From assembly GCF_000002075.1 (NCBI RefSeq), contig NW_004797284.1, positions 2,010,327 through 2,074,326 of the forward strand: a stretch of DNA of 64,000 nucleotides, read 5' to 3'. The notes under the pieces were generated by a model that did no database searches, had not been told where the DNA came from, and saw only the letters and a program-made list of their open reading frames with translations. The translations under genes were made by a program, and so were the position numbers. Of this stretch, positions 52,029-64,000 are shown piece by piece. Numbering within the stretch: position 1 is the first letter of the stretch; the number at the start of each line of letters is the position of its first letter. The stretch comes from Aplysia californica (lineage: Eukaryota).

Positions 52029-52684
52029 TTACTGACCACCCCACTTCCTTCTGAAGCTGAAGGTGAAGGTCAGGGCATCGTAGTAGTGCTGCTCGGGGTC
52101 ACCGGAAGCATAGGGCAACACAGATCTGCTGACGTCACCAGACAGAAGCTCGTAGGGGGAGGCTCCGTTGAAAGCCGACTCCAGATGGAAGGTCCAGTTG
52201 TCCTTGGGCTCCCTCAGACGGACCAGCTCATTTCCCAAACCGTAGGAGCCAAGTTGGAGGTGGCAGGTGGCGCCAGTGTAGGTGTTCACACCACTCAGGT
52301 CACAGTTGACGCTGACCTTGACTCTTTCAATTTCCAGCAACTCACCTCCGGCGAAGCCGATGACCTCACGGTTCAAAACCTGCTCCTCACTTATCGAGTT
52401 GTAGAAACTGCTGTCAACAGTCCAGATGTTGGTGGCCGCCAGATACACACAGGACACGTTGAACTTGGCCTCGTCATAAGCCAGATTACGGTCAGCCCAC
52501 AGCACCCTTCTCCTCACGATCACACTCACGATGTTGTTGGCACTGTCCACTCCGACCACGTCCAGTTTGGTCAGACGCATGTCCACGTCCAGGGGTCCGG
52601 AGTCGTCGGGTTGGGGGAAGGCTGGGGAGGCTCTTTCTCCGAACCAGTTGTACAGCTCATTGTAGTGGCTTGCCGCGGAGGCGC
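52029..52684 (-). CDS. Gene F exon 2: AChBP-like domain, inverted copy; CDS complement(join(52029..52684,53351..53393)), 232 aa
   Basis: Acceptor ccacAG|GC; WTVD variant; C-x12-C; ends RRKWGGQ; AATAAA at 51782-51787 (minus). Confidence 0.94.
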
Positions 52685-53350
52685 CTGTGGAGATGACGAA
52701 GAGAATAAGATCAGGAAAATTGAGAGGAATGTTTTGAAGACTTTTGAAGGATTTTCAGGAACAGGTGAAAAAGTTGTTTGTACATGCCAGAGTCGTTTGG
52801 AGATGTTTGAGAACAGAACATCTAAACACGTGTGAGCTGATGAGGAAGAGGAAAATGGCTCTGGGGTTAGACAAAAGGACAAAACCTCACCAGAACTTCA
52901 ATAGAGTTGTGTGTAGGTCAGTCATTTTAGTCAATGGTAAGAAAAAAGACAAGTGAAGAAAGAACGCAGAATGATACATACACATTAACAAGTCTCTTGT
53001 GCATTCCTGTTGACAGCTATTTTAGATAGTTTCATCAAGGGGAATCTCATTTCATTCACAGTGGGCATAGTTTATTGTTTATTTGCCACATAATATTATC
53101 ATAGAACGCGATTACCTTAAACGCTGAAGCAAAATTGTAACTACAATTTTTTTTGACAACTCATTTAAAGCTTCCGTTACATATTTCCTTCAAAGTCTTC
53201 AAAATCTAAAGTGATTAGAGGAAATGAGTTAATGATCTGCTAAAAACAACCAACATCAAACAAACTAACAAGGCAAAAAATAAGGGTCGATTGAACCCCA
53301 TTAACCCCCCCCCACACACACACACACAAGAATTCAACAAAATGTCTCAC

Positions 53351-53393
53351 CAGCAAACGTGAGAGCGATGCACAGAAGAATGAAGCGAGCCAT
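53351..53393 (-). CDS. Gene F exon 1: signal peptide
   Basis: MARFILLCIALTFA(G) on minus strand, donor GTGAGA. Confidence 0.92.
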
Positions 53394-53445
53394 GGTTCCT
53401 GATCTCTGGAGGGAGTTGGTGAAGACACAGGGAACTGCAGCATCC

Positions 53446-53454
53446 TTATATATA
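53446..53454 (-). promoter_or_regulatory. TATA box of gene F
   Basis: cagctgTATATATAAgg on minus strand. Confidence 0.75.
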
Positions 53455-53873
53455 CAGCTGCCTTCTCTTTAACAACTGTGAGGGTTTTTTTTCTGAAAAC
53501 TATTACAACTATTTTTTGCCCAAGAGTTCTTCTAAAAATAAGACATGTATGTCTTGTGATGCACCTTGGAGAGCAATCTATGAAACGAAACAAAGTCATG
53601 GAAAAATTAGGTCATGGCTGCACGCGATATGTCTCACGACCGAGATAGACGGCGGATGGAGACGCCCAGGCCATTGGTAAGATAGGAAGAAAACAAAATA
53701 GCATGTCTCTCCGGGTTGTCTTTCTGTCTGATTCTTTCGAACTCGTCCTTGGTCGGGAATTTTCTGACTTGATTCCAACAGTTGGACAGACCAGCTCAAA
53801 AAAACACAAAAAAAACAAGCATAACAGAAGGAAAATGAAAAATGCACTGGTAATTATTATGTTAAAGACAATA

Positions 53874-54303
53874 TGTCAGGCGGCGTGGTGGAATCAGGCT
53901 CTCGTCAAAATAATCAAAGTGAAGAAACTTGCATTTTTCCGCAGGTTTGTGAATTTTTATCAAATGTTTGCTTTTTGGCACAGCAACGTTCATGCCCATT
54001 AAAGAACGCATTTCTGTGTGGATTTTTCTGAAAAACGTTGATTAAAGGCACAAAAATGTAAATTTTCAGTTACCACAGTTAAGCTAAGGAAATAACTAAT
54101 CTTTGGCGACCATTTTCTCACTAATTTTATCTCTGAAGACAGGTTACCCCACCTCCTTCAATTGCAAATATCTAGACTTGTATTCAAGATAAATGGATAC
54201 TTTTTTCATCCAAATAAAGACAGGTGAACGACTTTAAGATGATACCAATAACTCTACATGCCCAAAAATTGACGAGAGCCTGATACTACCACGCTGTCTC
54301 ACA
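53874..54303 (-). mobile_element. MITE family 1, reverse orientation
   Basis: Both TIRs; interior is the reverse complement of the other copies. Confidence 0.88.
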
Positions 54304-54507
54304 TTTACAATAAAAACCATAGCATAATCGTAATAGTAATTATGATGATAATAATTGTTTTAAAAAAAAGATTATAATAATGATAAGGTCTCCATGATTA
54401 TTATTATCATTGTTGATATTTAGTTTGCATCGAAAAAAGGAAAGGTAAATGATATAAATAATTTCAGAGATATTAGTTGACTGAATGTTATTGGTAAATA
54501 AATTAGT

Positions 54508-54837
54508 GGCGTCGGTGGCCTAGTAGTTCGGCTCTTGGACTCGCAACCGTAAGGTCGTGGGTTCGAATCCCGTCAGGGACCCGACGTTGTGTCCTTGGGA
54601 GAGGCACTTTGCACACATTTTCCTCACTTCACCCAGGTGGAAATGGGTACCCGGCTATAGACAGTGAACGATCTTGTCAGTTTGTTGGTGTTTGCGCTAG
54701 TGAAATCTGCAGCTTGCACTGTATGCTTCTGCGGAAGCCGAGAATGTTTCTGAGTGTTCTCAGAGGGTCGGCTGGGGTAATAATAGTTGTAAAGCGCATA
54801 GAGCATGCTCTATATCAATGCAATTAGTATTATTATT
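54508..54837 (+). mobile_element. tRNA-derived SINE family 1, full length
   Basis: A box tggcctagtag, B box ggttcgaatcc, CORE-like middle, L2-like tgtaaagcgcatagagc tail, (TAT)n end. Confidence 0.85.
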
Positions 54838-54859
54838 GTCCAATTGTTCTCTATCATAT

Positions 54860-56567
54860 TGAACAAAAGACTGTCACAATGGTGTGATGAAGGTAACCTC
54901 ATCTCTGAATCTCAGGCCGGTTTTAGACGAAATTCTTCTACTATAGATTAAAGGTATATTTTCACTCCAATCGTTAGTCTAAAAGTATATATCCAAGCAT
55001 GGCAGACGATTCTAAGTATTTTGACGACTTTATAAAAGTAATTGACTGGGTTGACATAGAAAAGCTTTGGACAGTATTAATTAAGAAGTCTTGGCTGTTT
55101 TGGACTAGTGTATACTACGTCGTACTTTGAAAATGTATGAGTCAAAGTGTTCCTTCACGTGTTCAAGTCTGTTCAGAAGAACGATGATCCATAACATGTT
55201 ATACTACCAAATACTTCCAATGTACATCAGGTGTCAAACAAGGCTGCATACAGAGCCCTATAGCATTTTTTGGGGTTCATTTCTCAAGTTGAAAAACATC
55301 TTTCCGAATCAAATACCCATACCCTACAGGTATTGCCCAAGGAAGGTGATTGTATTTAATGATTAATATACACTAATGACCTAAGTCTTTTTAACGTCAA
55401 CGCCAAAGGTTTACAAAGGAAAATCGACACGTGTTATGATTCTTGCCAGATATGGGGTTTAAACGTGAATACAGAGCGAGAACAGCAAGAATTTTGGTTT
55501 TTAGAAATGGAGGCTATCTCTGAAAAGATCTGAGAGGTGGTATTTGCAGGGTAAGATCTTAGAGACAGCAACTTTTTGTAGCTACTTGATATGAGCGTTT
55601 TCTTTTCTCCTGGTGTATGCTGGAGACGAACGCTGGAAGATCGAGCTTGTAAAGCTCAGTGGATTGGTTCTCGAACAAGAAGGCTTTTCGGTTCATACCA
55701 TGGATTAAATTTGGAAACAGTAACAACAACAAAACCTGTTGACGTAAAAATTAAACCACTGCAGTTTTATGGCTCTGAAATTTGGGGTACTAAAAATTGG
55801 AAAGTGATTGATAATGGTAGATATCTGGAACGCCTTTCAGGATCTTGGCAAAGCTACACCAAAGTGTTCAGTTCTAAGTGAAGTGGGAAAAACAAATTCA
55901 TGTTCTGATTACGCGCATTGTGTCATTACATTCTGGTGCACCCTTATAGATTTAGACAATGGCAGTTATCCAAAGAAAAGTTACATGTAATTTTATCGTT
56001 CCTGTGAACTGGGCAGAGTCAACTGGTATTCCGAAGTTAAGAACCTATTATTTTCCCTGTGTTTTGGAATGCCTTGTTTTCTAAAAGGGTTGGAGGCACT
56101 GGGATTATTTCTCAGTGAAGTAAATAATAGGCTTGTTGATCGCTCTGTGCAAAACATACAGGAGGCAGTCTGTCACCTGTGTAATCTATTTTCTCTTACA
56201 TATCCATTTCAAGAAACAGCTGAGTACATCATCAATTTCCTACGGTATTGGAACAGAAGAGTCATGGTCTTGTTAAAAACTCACAGTCTTCCATTAATCA
56301 AAAATAGTAATAGGAGGACATAATAAATTCACCCTTGTGTGAGGTGTACCTCTCATACAATTGAAGAGGAATTTCAATGTTGTCCATCAAAGAAAATGGT
56401 TAATTCCTCCCACCCTCACTCTTTCCAGGGACAGAAAGATGCAATGTTGAACCCACAATAAGAGATATATTATGCACATACTATACTTCTTCAATATAGA
56501 AACTATATTTGAGAAATGAGTGTTTTGTATGGTGTGGTGTGGGCCAATGGCCTTAAACACGATAAAT
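54860..56567 (+). mobile_element. Heavily decayed non-LTR retrotransposon RT region
   Basis: Remnants ESQAGFRRNSSTID and GVKQGC with many stops and frameshifts. Confidence 0.55.
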
Positions 56568-58444
56568 NNNNNNNNNNNNNNNNNNNNNNNNNNNNNNNNN
56601 NNNNNNNNNNNNNNNNNNNNNNNNNNNNNNNNNNNNNNNNNNNNNNNNNNNNNNNNNNNNNNNNNNNNNNNNNNNNNNNNNNNNNNNNNNNNNNNNNNTT
56701 ATAAATATTAATTATTATTGTTTATTTATTTACTTACTTTTTAATGATATCATCAATACTGTTACTGTTGTCATGATCATAAAAGTAAAGTTGTTCCTGC
56801 ATCCGATCCGGACATGGGTATTGCCTTGTTAGTGAGACAACGTCCTGGGCCTACGGCATATTGTGGTAGGGTGGCCAGTTCCCTTCCACGCGGCCTTTAC
56901 TTCCCCAACTCTAAGTCAGGTACCCATTACTGCTGGGTGGGCAGGGGGGGGGGCGAAAAAAAACCGAGGCTCGAACCCGGACTTTCCGCTTCGGAGACGA
57001 GCTCACTAACCGCTCCGCCCCTGCACCCTCGTCATGATCTGAATTATTGATAATAGTAGGTACAAAAAATCAGAAGTGTTTTTTTGTTTGTAAAACTAGT
57101 TATGTAGGAGTGTTTTATAACCCACAAACACCATTTAGATCATTTAGGAGGCGGGCTTCCCTCCCTGCTTGTCAAGGCCAATAAGGTCTGAGAGGTATAC
57201 AATATCCCAGCAAAAAGACCGGGACTCAATAAGATATTTACTCCACTCGAGAATCGAACTTGGATCTCTTGCTGTATGCCAAGCAGAAAGCGTGCTACGC
57301 CACAGATGCCAGTGTAAAAATAAGAATGCGATATCGATGACATCAATAACATTAGTGTAATAAAAGCAATAATAATATTAATATTGGAAATAGAGATACC
57401 AATAATTATAAAATCAGTGTAGGATTTTCATNNNNNNNNNNNNNNNNNNNNNNNNNNNNNNNNNNNNNNNNNNNNNNNNNNNNNNNNNNNNNNNNNNNNN
57501 NNNNNNNNNNNNNNNNNNNNNNNNNNNNNNNNNNNNNNNNNNNNNNNNNNNNNNNNNNNNNNNNNNNNNNNNNNNNNNNNNNNNNNNNNNNNNNNNNNNN
57601 NNNNNNNNNNNNNNNNNNNNNNNNNNNNNNNNNNNNGTGGGGTCAACGTTTGCATCACTCTTTAGAAGAAACCACACACCATTCAGAACTCAAAATTTAA
57701 ACAATTACTGTAACGGTCGATATTCTTTGTATCCTGACTGAGCTGGATACGTATTATTTCGAGTGCAGGAATTCATCAAAAGGTTGGTTTTGGTCGCGTT
57801 GTATCGTTGTATAATACCCCAGAAGTTTTAGTTTTAGTTTTAGTAGAGGTTTTACGGCGCTCGCAACTGCATAAGGTCATATGAGCGCCAGAAGATTAGA
57901 GGTGTTACAAGAGAGTAATGAACATAAAAAAAAGAAGGGGAGATAAGGACGATAGATGTTTGATAGGAAAGAAGAAGCAAACCGCACCAGAGCACCCGCC
58001 AACCACCCACATCCCCCAGAACTGAGCTATTTGGTTTCATATTTCTCTTTTACATAATCTTGACGTCCGGTGTTTGGCGTAGTGTCAAGCTTGGGGAGAT
58101 TAAAGAAAAGGGGAATTCCCAAGGCAGTAGCAGACAGGAGTGTTAGATGAGGCTCACAGTGTCATGTGTGTGTGTGTGTGTGTGTGTGACACGATGTGTG
58201 GGTGGGTGGTCAATAGAGTGTTTGTTTTAGTAGAGGTTTTACGGCGATTGCAACTGCATAAGGTCATATGAGCGCCAAAAGATTAGATGTGTTACAAGAG
58301 AATATAAAACATAAAAAGAAGGAAGGGAGATAAGGACGATAGATCTATGTTTGATAGGAAAGAAGAAGCAGCGTGTCCACTACAAGTTAATACAATTCTA
58401 TTATAACATCATTAAGGTTTTTTTAAACTCTCAAATAGATTGGC

Positions 58445-58625
58445 TTCTGATTTTTTCTTCATTCAGCATTAATTTACTTTTCCCCCATCCATTTTTTCCA
58501 CTCTTTCAATGCATTTCTCGACTCTTTCTATGAATTCATCGGTGTCGCATGGATGAAAAGAGCCATACATCTGGGTGTCATCGGCATAGAAATGGTAGCT
58601 GAGTTGATACTTTCGTATTTCTACA
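58445..58625 (-). mobile_element. L2/CR1-type reverse transcriptase fragment
   Basis: IRKYQLSYHFYADDTQMY..VEKCIERVEK.WM..KLMLNEEK. Confidence 0.75.
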
Positions 58626-59143
58626 GCCTTAAAAAAAATACCCCCCCCCCAAAAAAAAAACCCATCCCGTGGCTAACGGCAATGCTGTGTCAGTAGTCTT
58701 TGTCTATGATACTCTGTGTGACTAATTCACTCATGTATGGTCGCTATAACGTCAAGGAGAGTTTTCTCTATAACCAAACAAATATACACACCAATGAAAC
58801 CAAACTTCTCCTATAGGTAGGGCAATGCCCACTTTTCGTGAAGGTTAAGATTTCTGGAAACCGCCGATATCTGGGTTAGCCCGCTTGTCCTTTAAACGCA
58901 ACCATATAAAGTACACGTATTTATGTTTTTCTGTACGCCTCTGTAACCAACAAAAACAAACAAACAAAAAACAAGCCAAAGGAATCAATTATTATAAGAA
59001 ACCTACTTTTTTTTCTTAAAAAAAAACAAAACAATTTTAGTAGATGCAATTGCAAAGATGCTGTGTCAGAAAAAAGAACAAGAAAAAGGTCAAGGAAAAC
59101 CAGAAGAAAGAGAAGAACAAGAACAAGAACAAGAACAAGAAGT

Positions 59144-59670
59144 GGGGCTCTCGTGGCCTAGAGGTTAAGGTGTTGGCCTCTCATTCAAACGTCCCGGGTT
59201 CGAATCCGGATAGCGACTGAAAATTTTTCTTCTCTAAAATTGTCTCCTTTCACATCCTTTCCTGCTCTCTAGCAATGTTCTATCGTCTTCTTTCGTCGCC
59301 ACTTTCTGCTCCCACCCCCTCACCTCCTAAGCCACCTCCTCTGGGCTCCTGACTCTTTCTGCAGCCTTTCTACTTCTTCTCCTTGGTTCCTCCTTGCTGC
59401 TGTCTTTCTGCCACACCCCTGATCTTCTGGTAGGAAAGATCTACAGCAGCAGCTAGCCTTCTTGGGCATGGGCGAAAAATCTCGGAGGTCCCGTGTGCAT
59501 GTTGCGCACGTTAAAGATCCCTTGGTGGTCTAAAATAGATAAGATTAGGCTTCGGCCGCCACCCGGACAGAATTCAAAATTTCCTATTAACTGAAAATGT
59601 TTAATGTTACCCCGCGCTCATATGACGGTATGCAGTTGCGAGCGCCGTAAAACATTTCCCAAAAATAAAA
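59144..59670 (+). mobile_element. tRNA-derived SINE family 2, full length
   Basis: A box tggcctagagg, B box ggttcgaatcc, gaggtcccgtg..cacgttaaagatccc domain, tail catatgac..tatgcagttgcgagcgccgtaaaac also scattered at about 22195, 23545, 46540, 49812, 57848, 58233. Confidence 0.8.
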
Positions 59671-61412
59671 GAGAACAAGAAACGTGTACCTTTTTTCATT
59701 TTCTTCCTGCTGTCGATGAGTTTGAGATTTGATTTGTTCTTCAACAGACATGCAATAGCTTTACGCATGACGAAACATTAAGCGTTTCTTTCTTACGGTG
59801 GCACTCATAGGTCGCTGTATTTCTGATGTAGGCTTAAGAATCCGCCACTGGCTAAACGGCTTTGTTCTCCTGTCTAAATCGTTCACTGGTCTTTTCCCAA
59901 TGTTAGACCAAGCACAATGTTTTATACGGATGATAAGAAAAATAACATAATACAGAACACTTCAAACTTTGTGAAGATTAATAACTCAATTAATTAATGA
60001 CATTATTACGAAATTAATGGCTAGTTGAGATTATTAAAAAATAGAGAAGGGTTGAAAACAAAATTGAAAAGTAAATTATTGAAAATATCATAGTCAAAGC
60101 TGATTGCCTTCTTAATGATCTAATTTGTATCGATGGAGCCGTAAAAAAATTCACAATTGCACATTCTAAAGAGAGGTTCGCACTCATTTCTATTGGACCA
60201 ACGAGGTCGCATAAAATGTGTGTGAAATGTTTTCCATAATTTGCTTGAAAGACTAAGTTCGCACTGCCTACTCCTACTTCCCGCTATGTAGGTCACCACG
60301 TGACGCCCCACAACATGCATCAGAATATCATGTTCAGATGTGGCCGTGGTCACTTGGCAGTAAGAAGTAGAGCACTGAGTTGACAAACTATAAGAATACT
60401 CTCTAGATATCTCCCCCCCCACCCCCCACCCCCCACCCCAGTTACGCCCACAATTTCTTCCAAACATTTCAAGTTTTGTTTCGTTTTGTTTCGTTTTGTT
60501 TTTGGTTTTTTTCTACTGTGTGTACAATCAGGAGAAACCAAGCTGGGAGTGTCAGCTGACATGTCCTCCAACTGTTGAAACAAATTCCTAACCCCCTCCC
60601 CCCCCCCCCCTGCCAAAAAAAGAAAACAATAATAAGAAACAGAAACAGCCTTTGTTTATTCACTTATTTATGTATATATTTATTTATGTATTTATGTATA
60701 TATGTATTGTTAAAAAATTGATTTATTGATTGGTTGATTGATTCATTCATTAGTTGATTTATAATTTATGTATTCTTTTATTTTTTAAATTTATTTATTT
60801 GTAAACTCGTACGGCTGAAAAGGGAAATAAACAGTTCATCGCATAAACAATATCCGTGAGTTCCTGTGCGTCGTCAAATTCCAACACAATAGCACGAAAT
60901 AGAAATGTGGGAAAGGAAAAAAAAACAACCAAAAACAAAACAACAAAACAAAACGAGCGAGTGTGAGAGGCCATACCCTGGCGAGTCGTCAGTACCTCTG
61001 TGTCGCCACACGTAGCGTTGTGGGTCAGTGCAGCAAGGAAGGGGAGTGTGACCTTGCCCCAGATGTCCTTATGTAAGTCTTACACCGCTCTTCATTACAG
61101 CCATGTCACAAGGCACCTCTATGTTATCTCTAGGATGTCTTACATTAACGGAAAAATGAGAAAAAAGAAAACACAAAACAAAACAAAACAAAGAGACTTA
61201 AACAGGGCAAAAAAGGCAACGAGCTCCAAAAAAAAACAAAAAAACAAAACAACCCCACAACATCAACAACCAACAACCAACCACCAACCCACCAACCAAA
61301 CAAAACCAATTCACTCGATAAGTAGGATATCAGAACAACAAAAAAATCAGAAGGAGGTTAGTTAAAAAAAAACACAGGAACTGGCAAGTTATTCGAGGGT
61401 GAGGGGCACCTG

Positions 61413-61419
61413 TATATAA
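61413..61419 (+). promoter_or_regulatory. TATA box of gene G
   Basis: cacctgTATATAAcg; upstream sequence differs from B-F. Confidence 0.7.
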
Positions 61420-61471
61420 CGTGTACGGCCATCTCTGTATCTTCACCAACTCCCTCCAGACACCAGGAACC

Positions 61472-61514
61472 ATGGCTCGCTTCATCCTTCTGTGCATCGC
61501 TCTCACGTTTGCTG
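61472..61514 (+). CDS. Gene G exon 1: signal peptide
   Basis: MARFILLCIALTFA(G), donor GTGAGG. Confidence 0.92.
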
Positions 61515-62059
61515 GTGAGGCATTTTGTATTCATGAACATTAATTTTTTAAAATGTTAAATTCTGATTTTTAACAAATTTAATATTTATTATCATTTTTG
61601 AGAGTGTCTTTTTTTGTGGTTTTTATAATTGTCTATTGTGTCCTCTTTTTTCATTTAGGCTAGAACATAAAGCTTTTGGAAACGTCCCCAGCAGCACAAC
61701 TTGTGTTTTTTTAAATTCGAGAATGTTGTTACTAATTGAACACAGTCCTTTACTTTTGAAGCGAAAGTTATTTTTACGCCGACGTAGGATTCCATAGTTG
61801 CAGACGTTATAAAATGGCAACCATTACTTTCTCCACTTTTGTCATTTTGAGGCGTTAGAATAAAGTGTAATTCTGAAACCTTTCTTAAGCTGCATATTAT
61901 ACAAAAATTGTGGACTACAATTATGTACTACACGAGACACACTCAATGCCTGGTTCAGCTGGCGGTGTTAAGCTCCTTAATTTATACACGTTCTAGAGTA
62001 ATATACATACAGGAATATATGTAATAATAATAATAATGATGATGATGATAATAATTAAA

Positions 62060-62302
62060 TAATAAACAGCACTTGTATAGCGCATAACCCCGTTCGACAG
62101 CAAGCTCTATGCGCTTTACACTATCTTTTTACCCCAGCAGACCATAGAACACTCAGAAACATTCTCAGATTCTTAGAAAGCATTTAGCGTAAGCCCTTAA
62201 ACATAACAAAACTGACAAGATCTTCCACTGTCTATAGCCGGGTACCCATTTTCATCTGGGTGAAGTGAGGAAAATTCATGTGAAGTGCCTTTCCCAAGGA
62301 CA
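62060..62302 (-). mobile_element. SINE family 1, 5'-truncated, in gene G intron
   Basis: Matches middle and tail of 54508-54837 in reverse. Confidence 0.75.
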
Positions 62303-62772
62303 GTAGCTCCGTTTGTATATATACATGTATGTGTCTTCTTTTTTCTTTCCACTCCTTTTCTTATTTTGACCATCGTGAAAAGGTTTGTCTCACTGCCTTA
62401 CTTGATCAAAACGGTGTCTTGTCTTGTATTTTCTGATGACGTCAGGGTTTAGTGACTTTCCTACACACGAGCTAACCTGAGTCTGGAAGTCCCCAAGCAT
62501 CAAAGAAACAACGGTGTCCAAAGGTTCTTCAATTCCACCGCGACTAACTCATTGGCTCTACTGCACACGTATCTAAGTGCCCCTAGAACATTTCCAAAAC
62601 AGCTGTGACAATTTCAGAGGTGCAAAATGTACTTGTGGACACAAGTCCCCAAAACATCTCCAAAATCACCACTCATTTTGCTTCTGTACTTGTCTATAAA
62701 GGTCACTGAAACATCGACGAAAGGTTTCTCAAATTTCATTTTTACATAATATTGTCCTCCTCATCCCCCCAG

Positions 62773-63428
62773 GCGCCTCCTCGGCAAGCCGCTACAACGA
62801 ACTGTACAACTGGGTCAGCGGAAAAGCCTCCCCAGGATTCCCCCAACCCGACGACTCCGGACCCCTGGATGTGGACATGCGTCTGACCAAACTGGACATC
62901 GTTGGTGTGGACAGTGCCAACAACCTGGTCACTTTGATCGCCAGAAGAAGGGTTCTGTGGGCTGACCGTGATTTGGCCTTTGACGAGGCCACGTACAACG
63001 TGTCCTGTGTGTATGCTGCGGCCACCAACATCTGGACTCCTGACAGTACCTTCTACAACTCTGCTGGCCAGGAGCAGGTGTTGAACCGTGAGGTCATTGT
63101 CTTTGCCGGAGGTGAGCTGCTGGAAATTGCCAGAGTCAAGGTCAGCATCAACTGTGATGTGAGTGGTGTGAACACCTACACTGGCGCCACCTGCCATCTC
63201 CAACTTGGCTCCTACGGTTTGGGAAATGAGCTGTTCCATCTGAGGGAACCCAAGGACAACTGGACCTTCCATCTGGAGTCTGCTTTCAATGGAGCCTCCC
63301 CCTACGAGCTTCTGTCTGGTGACGTCAGCAAATCTGTGGAGCCCTACGCTTCCGGTGACCCCGAGCAGTTCTATTACGATGCCCTGACCTTCACCTTCAG
63401 CTTCAGAAGAAAGTGGGGCGGTCAGTAA
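62773..63428 (+). CDS. Gene G exon 2: AChBP-like domain; CDS join(61472..61514,62773..63428), 232 aa
   Basis: Same acceptor and motifs; ends RRKWGGQ; AATAAA at 63676. Confidence 0.95.
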
Positions 63429-63840
63429 ATCTGGGGTGGGTTGATCAACTTTAGTCTGTTTGATAATTGACTCTCAGGTTTATTTATTTTCATGGTGACA
63501 TTTGCTACAAATGTATCCCCTGACATAAAAAGAAATACAGAAATGGGGACAAAATGTTACATTTTTTGCCCTTGCATGTTTCACCATAATATTATTGTTA
63601 TGGTAAAATTTACCAGCATTTACCAACCTGTTTTTGTTTTGTAATGTTAAGATCATTTCCATTCGGGCACCTTGAAATAAATGACGATGAGATCTACTTT
63701 CTTTAAGACACTGTCTCAGATGTTGCTTTGTTGTTGTGTTATTCCACTTGCTTATCATGCTACTGTTATGGAACATCTTCGTTCTCCCTTTTCTGTTTTC
63801 ATTCCATGCTTCATTTTGCTGTTTCGTTGATTGGTTTATT

Positions 63841-64000
63841 CATCATCATCCAGTGCCAGATCTGCGACAGACATCCACGATCATGGTTCGCCGTTCATTC
63901 CTTTGCTCGGATGCTCTCAAGAAAGCTACGTTTCCCTGATCTTTCCCTGTTACCCATTTGTTTAGGTTACCCAAGTATGTCGTTCTGGGCCTTTCCCTGT
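63841..64000 (-). mobile_element. RTE-type LINE 3' end running off the window
   Basis: Near-identical to 37800-37960; (GAT)n tail. Confidence 0.75.

Noticed and set aside
54508-54580. tRNA genes (also 59144, 11540-11616)
   Set aside because: A/B boxes continue into multi-copy SINE bodies; no convincing cloverleaf
495-63428. Full nicotinic receptor subunit genes
   Set aside because: In-frame stops follow the last strand, 3' UTRs with polyA signals follow, and no TM-coding exons are visible

Overview
Repeat-rich animal genomic DNA, most likely a mollusc (inferred from the gene family), with many short N runs. The only intact genes form a tandem array of seven paralogues (A-G) encoding secreted acetylcholine-binding-protein (AChBP)-like Cys-loop ligand-binding domains with no transmembrane region; a decayed eighth fragment lies at about 34.5 kb. 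Each gene has a TATA box, a 43-nt signal-peptide coding exon missed by the ORF track, one phase-1 GT-AG intron and a single large exon for the whole mature domain (228-234 aa precursors). The AChBP fold motifs (W-T/S-PD, altered to WTVD in F; C-x12-C loop; YE-I/L-LS) are kept, but the ACh pocket is rebuilt: the vicinal Cys pair is lost, loop B Trp becomes Tyr/Phe, and loop D carries Arg residues, suggesting a non-cholinergic, possibly anionic ligand. B-G show patchwork sequence exchange; A is a divergent (about 50% identical) second class. The rest is MITEs, tRNA-derived SINEs, LINE fragments and mini/microsatellites. Alignments to Aplysia AChBP were done by hand from memory; no searches were run.
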